Source: Fonticula alba ATCC 38817
Taxonomy: Eukaryota; Protista; Nucleariida
Assembly: GCA_000388065.2 (NCBI GenBank)
Contig: KB932202.1
DNA length: 7,714 nt
Reading direction: 5' to 3' (one strand)
The notes beneath the pieces are model-generated. The model was not told where the DNA came from, did no database searches, and saw only the letters and a list, made by a program, of their open reading frames with translations. Positions 1-5,532 of this stretch are shown here, in pieces (within the stretch, counting starts at the first letter, position 1; each line of letters opens with the position of its first letter). A program made the translations under genes and the position numbers.

Positions 1-134
1 GTGGTGACCCTCTCAGGACGGAACGCTCTGGGTGGTTCAGGGAAGGCCCTCACCGGTCCCCCAGAATCACATACCAGAACCGGAGCGTTTCATTCAGTTA
101 AAATGCCTGCCGTTGCCACCATTCAGCAGTAGCT

Positions 135-207
135 GCCTGTTTAGCTCAGTTGGTAGAGCATGGGACTCTTAATCCCAGGGTCGTGGGTTCGAGCCCCACA
201 GTGGGCT
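135..207 (+). tRNA. tRNA-Lys, anticodon CTT
   Basis: Full cloverleaf folded by hand: acceptor GCCTGTT/AGTGGGC, D arm GCTC-AGTTGGTA-GAGC, anticodon arm TGGGA-CT[CTT]AA-TCCCA, T arm GTGGG-TTCGAGC-CCCAC, discriminator T. Closely resembles eukaryotic tRNA-Lys(CUU). No intron, no CCA. Confidence 0.96.
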
Positions 208-211
208 GTTC

Positions 212-215
212 TTTT
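212..215 (+). terminator. Pol III oligo-T terminator of tRNA-Lys (second T4 at 223-226)
   Basis: TTTT begins 5 nt after the discriminator. Confidence 0.75.
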
Positions 216-336
216 GCCGGTCTTTTGAACCGGCGTGTTCACCCATTTTGTACCGCGCAGGAAAAAAGAACCCAGCCGAGAGTGAGAGGAGATGGGGCTG
301 GATTGTCCGTTTTTCGGTCGGGAGTGTGGCAGGTTC

Positions 337-341
337 AAAAA
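337..341 (-). terminator. Pol III oligo-T terminator of tRNA-Val
   Basis: AAAAA on + is T5 on -, 9 nt after the discriminator. Confidence 0.8.
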
Positions 342-349
342 TGAACCTC

Positions 350-423
350 TGTCCGAACCAGGACTCGAACCTGGGACATTCTGTGTGTTAGACAGATATG
401 ATAACCATCTACATCATTCGGAC
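350..423 (-). tRNA. tRNA-Val, anticodon AAC (IAC)
   Basis: Reverse complement GTCCGAA TG ATGT AGATGGTTA TCAT A TCTGT CT[AAC]AC ACAGA ATGTC CCAGG TTCGAGT CCTGG TTCGGAC A. Acceptor, anticodon and T stems are fully Watson-Crick paired. Discriminator A. Confidence 0.96.
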
Positions 424-560
424 ATGGGGAGCAGACCATCATCTTGACTAATGATTGGAACGAATTTGTGCCCGTCGTGGGCCGGCGGGTTGGAGGGAGA
501 ACACGCACGAGGTGCCGGCCACCATAGGCCATGCAAGGAGGAGAAATGTGGGGGGGTGCC

Positions 561-594
561 GAGAGGGGGAGAGAGAGAGAGAGAGAGAGGGAGA
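561..594. repeat. Polypurine tract containing (GA)10 at 569-588
   Basis: Direct reading of the sequence. Confidence 0.9.
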
Positions 595-1017
595 CAGAGG
601 GCAACAGGCATACACATGCGAATGGCGTAAGCTCAAGGATCGTGATTGGGCGAAGAGCCGCCGTCTAGGGCATGCCTGCAGACATACTTGGCTGCGAGGG
701 AAGAAGGAGAGGGCGCACCGCAGCCGGGCTCACCTCGAGGCGGTGGCCCGAGGACCGTATCTTCTTTAGGTTTCCGCCTGCACGCGAAGGAACAAGTTCC
801 TGGTTGAGAAGGAGACTGGGCGGATGGAGGATCAGGTAAGGAGCCCGGTGTCCGTGTCTCTCCTCGGGGCCGCGCACTCCCGAGATCCTCACCTGGAGGG
901 AGCAACAGAGGCGCGGAAAAAGGGGCGAGTGGATGAGTCGGGTCCTGGGCCCTCGGTCGCGGGCGGGTGAGTGGCAAGACGATAAATTCCCAATCTCTTG
1001 GTCATCAGCCAAGAGAC

Positions 1018-1089
1018 GGTTGAGTGGTGTAATGGTTATCACGGCAGACTCTGAATCTGTCAATCCGAGTTCGATTCTCGGCTCGACCT
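1018..1089 (+). tRNA. tRNA-Gln, anticodon CTG
   Basis: GGTTGAG TG GTGT AATGGTTA TCAC G GCAGA CT[CTG]AA TCTGT CAAT CCGAG TTCGATT CTCGG CTCGACC T. 72 nt, with the short variable loop and U discriminator typical of eukaryotic tRNA-Gln. Confidence 0.97.
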
Positions 1090-1093
1090 TCTG

Positions 1094-1097
1094 TTTT
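1094..1097 (+). terminator. Pol III oligo-T terminator of tRNA-Gln
   Basis: TTTT 5 nt after the discriminator. Confidence 0.75.
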
Positions 1098-1685
1098 GCC
1101 CTGGGGCCCGCGTCGAGCCGAGACACGATCAAATTTCCAGCCATAATGTCGCCCCTCTCGGACGCGCCGCCGGAGCTTCATTTTCCGCTCACACACCTCC
1201 CCCACACCCGCCTCTCCGTCAATAATTTGGTCATTCCCCCCCGGGGATCAAACGGCGGGGAGATCCATCGCCTACCTCCCTCTCTGAAGGAAGGTGCCTT
1301 AGCATTGCCCCTCAGCGATGCGCTCCATGCCCCCTCGTTTCCTCTTTCCTTGCCCCACCTCTCAAAGGACACCCAGCACCTTGAGGGGGATGGTCGTTCT
1401 CCTTGCGGAGGCCCTGGCTTGCCGTTGCTCGGCCTCCGTGCGTCGCTCCCTCTGGAGCGCGGTGTGACTCAGTCCCTGGTGTACTCCCCCTCTAAAGACG
1501 CAGATCCCCCGCTTACCTTTCCTTTTGTTGTTGTGTCTCTCTCCGGGTGGTGGCCCTCTCTCGGGGGGGCGGAGTGCTCTGGATGGCTCAGAGGGAGACC
1601 ATATCACATCGGGCCTCGAGAGTTTCGTGCCAGCACCGGAGCATTTCCACGGGAATATGAGTAGGAGGATTGTCCTTGCACTCAA

Positions 1686-1759
1686 GGCCCCATAGCTCAG
1701 TTGGTTAGAGCGTCGTGCTAATAACGCGAAGGTCGTCAGTTCGATCCTGGCTGGGGCCA
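1686..1759 (+). tRNA. tRNA-Ile, anticodon AAT (IAU)
   Basis: GGCCCCA TA GCTC AGTTGGTTA GAGC G TCGTG CT[AAT]AA CGCGA AGGTC GTCAG TTCGATC CTGGC TGGGGCC A. Canonical cloverleaf of 74 nt. Confidence 0.97.
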
Positions 1760-1764
1760 CATTG

Positions 1765-1769
1765 TTTTT
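1765..1769 (+). terminator. Pol III oligo-T terminator of tRNA-Ile
   Basis: TTTTT 6 nt after the discriminator. Confidence 0.8.
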
Positions 1770-1835
1770 GTCCCACACTACTCCTCCTGCTTTTCCCGCA
1801 CACGCGCGCACAGGATGCGGGCGTTTCGCGCGTGC

Positions 1836-1851
1836 GTGTGTGTGTGTGTGT
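1836..1851. repeat. (GT)8 microsatellite next to alternating GC/AC tracts (1798-1856)
   Basis: Direct reading. CACGCGCG (1801-1808) and CGCGCGTG (1827-1834) are also mutual inverted repeats. Confidence 0.85.
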
Positions 1852-2138
1852 ATGTGCTCAGAGAGAGGCTCAGGGAGGCACGCGTTCGGCCAGCATCTTG
1901 TCTGGGAGGGAGGGGCTTTTTCCCATCCATCATGCATTTGGCAAAAGGCCGAGACAAGCACCCACCCTGGGGCTCTCTCGCATGCTGTGAGGGGCCCGTC
2001 GCCACGCGCAGGTTTGTTCGCACGAGCAGAGTGGCCCCGCTGCAGGATGTTTGGGTAGGACCGCGGGGGATGGGGGGGGGGGCCGGGGGAGAGATCCACG
2101 CCCAAAACCGGGTCCCGCACTTAATGAAGAGGAACATG

Positions 2139-2154
2139 CACACACACACACACA
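2139..2154. repeat. (CA)8 microsatellite
   Basis: Direct reading. Confidence 0.9.
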
Positions 2155-2516
2155 TAAGAGCCGAAAAAAGGGAAAGGAGGATGATGGGGGATATTTGTAG
2201 TTTGTATTGTGTTGAAAAGGTGTGTGGAGACACACAGGCACACTTCCTCTTTTTGGATAAGAAAGTGAAAGAGACTATATGCATGAGGACCGGGAAGAAG
2301 GAGCGAAGAGAGAGCGCGCGTATGTGCCCCGCCGCGCATTCAGATCTAGTTTCTGGAGAGGGGAGGATGGGCAGAGGCCCATGTGTCGTCTCGCATATGC
2401 TGTACACGAATGCTGCCAGGAGGAAAATCGAGGCTCTGGGCCTTTGACGCTTTTCGGACCCATTTCCCGTGCACGGAGAAAGCGGGAAGAGGGGGGGAAG
2501 GACCGAGGAGAGGAGC

Positions 2517-2581
2517 GAAGGAAGGGGAGAGGAAGAGAGAAAGAGAGAGGGAGGGGGAGGGGGAGAGAGAGAGAGAGAGAG
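2517..2581. repeat. 65-nt pure purine tract ending in (GA)9
   Basis: No pyrimidine on + from 2517 to 2581. It is a long polypyrimidine tract on the - strand, downstream of the methyltransferase gene. Confidence 0.9.
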
Positions 2582-3232
2582 CAGAACAGAGGGGGAGGCA
2601 CAACGCCCACACAAACCCTCAACGGCGACCGGCACCGGGGGATTCATTTGCGTGTATCTCTCTGTGGCCGGGAAGAAGAAGCCAGCATGATGACATTCAC
2701 ATATGCTGCGCGCGCCGGGTTTTTCCTGATACAGGGGCACCCATGAAAAGCCGGGGGGGGGGGATGCACGCACTATGTGCAACCCCGACAAATAGAGGGA
2801 ACACGCCTGGGGGAGGAGACAGGAGAGGGACATCCCGCCGCGCCAGTTCGTGCGCGATGGGGGTCCATCAGGAGAGGGGAGGGGGAGAGGCACATGCAGA
2901 CACGCGCGCAAACGGCTAGGGCCATTTCTCTCGCGGTGCCACGCACTGCCCCCACCCGCCCGAAGTCAAAGCCGCGCGACTGCGTGTGTGAGGCACCATC
3001 GCCACGTTCTTTTTCTCCCCATCTCGCTTGTACAGCCGCCTCTTCTGCCCCCACTGGGGGCGCAGGCACAGGGCGGGCACATGAACACACGCGTGTGTGC
3101 TTGGCGCCTCCCTCCGGCGCATCATGCATCTCTCTCTCTCTGTCGATCCTGCTTTGTCGCAGGGGGGGCTTCTTTTCGCTCCTTCCCTCAATCTCGCGCG
3201 CAGGCACACCTGCCCGCCGCCGCACTGGCCGC

Positions 3233-3970
3233 TTACCAGGCGGGCAGAGGAGCGCCAGGGGCCGGGATCAGGCCGAAGGCCTTGCCGCTGTAGCGGCGGA
3301 TGGCGTACGGCCGGCCAACGCGCTTGGCCACCTGCTTCAGGAGGTCGAGCTCGGCGTCGCGGTTGACATCGTCGATGATGATCGGGACATTGATGTCAAA
3401 GGAGTCCAGGTTCAGGAGGAAGCCATGGCGGCCAATGTGCCCGGGGGGGCCGTCAACCAGGATGACATCGTAGGTGGCGGGGAGTTTCTTGGAGATGACG
3501 CTCATGTCGTACCAGCCGAGGTCGGACTCGGGCATGGTGATGTCGGCCGAGGGCTTCTTGTGCTGGGAGAAGTTGACAATCGGGGCGTGGATGTAGTGGC
3601 TGGCGGCGATGTAGTTGACCCACTTGGCATCATGCTCGACCGAATAGACGGTGTAGTCCTGGCACAGGCGGGCGGTACCGGGGCCGGAGCCGAACTCCAG
3701 GATGGCGGGCTTGCGGCCGGTGGACTTGCGCACCGGGGTCAGCAGGTCGTCGATGGCGGCGAACATGACGTCGTCCACGGAGAACTCCTTCAGCGACCAC
3801 TGGAGGATGGCATACAGGCCAAGCTGCACCGAGGCCGTGAGGGCATACACCATGGGCCCGAGAGGGGGATAGCCGAAGTGGGTCTCCAGCACGGCGGACA
3901 GCCCGCGAGTGGCGGCCATGGTCAGACCGAAAAGCAGGACACACGAGGCGACCGGCTTCTGGGTGGACAT
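3233..3970 (-). CDS. Class I SAM-dependent methyltransferase (probable cation-dependent O-methyltransferase) with N-terminal hydrophobic leader, 245 aa
   Basis: Codons end overwhelmingly in G/C (11 of 12 Lys are AAG, all 6 Gln are CAG, Ile is only ATC/ATT). CCGCCATG start context, with an in-frame TAG four codons upstream. Motif I ILEFGSGPGT (aa 90-99), acidic beta-2 VYSVEHD (aa 108-114), YDVILVDGP (aa 167-175) and IIIDDV (aa 197-202). Hydrophobic segments at aa 7-20 and 40-60. The 3' end may be altered by splicing (see findings). Confidence 0.9.
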   Translation of the reverse strand: MSTQKPVASCVLLFGLTMAATRGLSAVLETHFGYPPLGPMVYALTASVQLGLYAILQWSLKEFSVDDVMFAAIDDLLTPVRKSTGRKPAILEFGSGPGTARLCQDYTVYSVEHDAKWVNYIAASHYIHAPIVNFSQHKKPSADITMPESDLGWYDMSVISKKLPATYDVILVDGPPGHIGRHGFLLNLDSFDINVPIIIDDVNRDAELDLLKQVAKRVGRPYAIRRYSGKAFGLIPAPGAPLPAW

Positions 3971-4005
3971 GGCGGAGAACTATTTCACACAACGGGGAGG
4001 CGGGG

Positions 4006-4703
4006 NNNNNNNNNNNNNNNNNNNNNNNNNNNNNNNNNNNNNNNNNNNNNNNNNNNNNNNNNNNNNNNNNNNNNNNNNNNNNNNNNNNNNNNNNNNNNNN
4101 NNNNNNNNNNNNNNNNNNNNNNNNNNNNNNNNNNNNNNNNNNNNNNNNNNNNNNNNNNNNNNNNNNNNNNNNNNNNNNNNNNNNNNNNNNNNNNNNNNNN
4201 NNNNNNNNNNNNNNNNNNNNNNNNNNNNNNNNNNNNNNNNNNNNNNNNNNNNNNNNNNNNNNNNNNNNNNNNNNNNNNNNNNNNNNNNNNNNNNNNNNNN
4301 NNNNNNNNNNNNNNNNNNNNNNNNNNNNNNNNNNNNNNNNNNNNNNNNNNNNNNNNNNNNNNNNNNNNNNNNNNNNNNNNNNNNNNNNNNNNNNNNNNNN
4401 NNNNNNNNNNNNNNNNNNNNNNNNNNNNNNNNNNNNNNNNNNNNNNNNNNNNNNNNNNNNNNNNNNNNNNNNNNNNNNNNNNNNNNNNNNNNNNNNNNNN
4501 NNNNNNNNNNNNNNNNNNNNNNNNNNNNNNNNNNNNNNNNNNNNNNNNNNNNNNNNNNNNNNNNNNNNNNNNNNNNNNNNNNNNNNNNNNNNNNNNNNNN
4601 NNNNNNNNNNNNNNNNNNNNNNNNNNNNNNNNNNNNNNNNNNNNNNNNNNNNNNNNNNNNNNNNNNNNNNNNNNNNNNNNNNNNNNNNNNNNNNNNNNNN
4701 NNN
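4006..4703. other. Assembly gap (698 N)
   Basis: Run of N flanked by G/C-rich sequence. The true length is unknown. Confidence 0.99.
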
Positions 4704-5011
4704 CCCGGCCTCGCCCGGGGCCGGACACACGCTCACACGCGGGCGGTGGAAGCACGGCGGCGGGGCCCCAAGCAGCCATCTCCCGGCCGGGACACACGCG
4801 CGCGTCTCCTCCCGAGGTATACACGGAGTCAGGCCAAGCGAACTTGTCTGGGGGGGGGGGGCGGGGCACAAGGGGAAGTTCAACGGGGCCGACAGAGATC
4901 CAAGCTTAGGAGAGGGTAGGGGGATGGAGCACAAACGGGAGGGGGCCACAGGCCCACAAACACAGGCGCGCCGATCTGCACGCATGAGCAGCACATGTGG
5001 CCACCCAGACC

Positions 5012-5035
<24 letters not shown>
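5012..5035. repeat. (CA)12 microsatellite
   Basis: Direct reading. Confidence 0.9.
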
Positions 5036-5043
<8 letters not shown>

Positions 5044-5424
5044 CATGAAATGCACACACAGGAGCCCAATGGCACACCGCAACAAAGGCCGGCTCAGGAG
5101 AGGAGGCAACCAAGGGGGTCGTCCGGCTCCGTGGCAGGCAGTCTCGGCCGGCCCCATGCCAGTCCCCAAAAACACGGCGGGCCGAAATGCCCCAGACTAA
5201 AAACAACCGGCCTGCACCGGCGTGCGCGCGCACCTACGCCGCCCGGTCCGAAACGGTGCAGGGCTTACGCTCGAACAGCGGAACAACAATAACACCGGAC
5301 CAGGGGCCCCCCCCCCGGGAGGGGTTCACGCCCGACCGCCTCCGTCCTGGGGACCGCGCCCCCCCCCCCCCTCCCCCGAGAAGGTCCTTCCCTCCCCCCC
5401 CGAGCGGGCAAGACGAGGAAGAAA

Positions 5425-5532
5425 GGCCGCCTTGTTCGACTCGCCCACGCTGTGGATCCCTGCCGAAGGTGAGAAGGGCTTCCCGATGTAGTGCCACTCG
5501 AGAGAATGGGTCCTGGAAAGGTTGACGGCCAG
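5425..5532 (-). CDS. Possible coding exon of an unidentified gene (LAVNLSRTHSLEWHYIGKPFSPSAGIHSVGESNKAA)
   Basis: 30 of 36 codons end in G/C in a stretch of otherwise moderate GC, and amino acid composition is normal. A candidate acceptor CTTTCCAG| ends at 5513. No family recognised and no strong in-frame donor found. Confidence 0.25.

Noticed and set aside
223-340. 9-bp inverted repeats read as a MITE
   Set aside because: There is no target-site duplication and the repeats coincide with tRNA terminators. The motif is kept only as a terminator-associated finding.
461-483. Sm-site-like AATTTGTG followed by a small hairpin, and ATTGGAACGA resembling U6
   Set aside because: Only about 40 nt of room after tRNA-Val, and no U1, U6, U7 or SL RNA core features such as ACAGAGA, GAUCACGAAG or AUUGCAC.
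832-841. CTTACCTG on -, matching the U1 snRNA 5' end
   Set aside because: It is simply the complement of a CAG|GTAAG donor-like site. No U1 stem-loops or Sm site follow.
933-1664. 243-aa ORF, or 172 aa from ATG 1146, filling the Gln-Ile spacer
   Set aside because: The long form runs through tRNA-Gln. The rest is Pro/Leu/Ser-rich, has no GC3 bias like the real gene and no recognisable domain. It is not fully excluded without RNA-seq.
2687-2729. Box C (ATGATGA) and box D (CTGA) pair suggesting a C/D snoRNA
   Set aside because: Only 32 nt separate the boxes, there is no terminal stem or C'/D' boxes, and I recognise no rRNA target for the guide.
135-3970. Cluster tRNAs match the methyltransferase's preferred codons (AAG, GTC, CAG, ATC)
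   Set aside because: These are the expected major isoacceptors of any GC3-rich eukaryote, so this is no evidence of a functional link.
4764-4823. YTSGGDARVCPGREMA on -, resembling the cytochrome P450 heme motif FxxGxRxCxG
   Set aside because: The conserved Phe and Gly positions are Ser and Asp, no other P450 motif is nearby, and RVC comes from a GCGCGTGTGT low-complexity tract.
2777-4909. 710-aa + strand ORF
   Set aside because: It is the in-register antisense shadow of the GC3-rich methyltransferase gene, joined to low-complexity sequence and extended through N bases.
3630-5075. ORFs spanning the N gap (3630..5075, 3909..4919, 3985..4869)
   Set aside because: They are open only because N codons are not stops.
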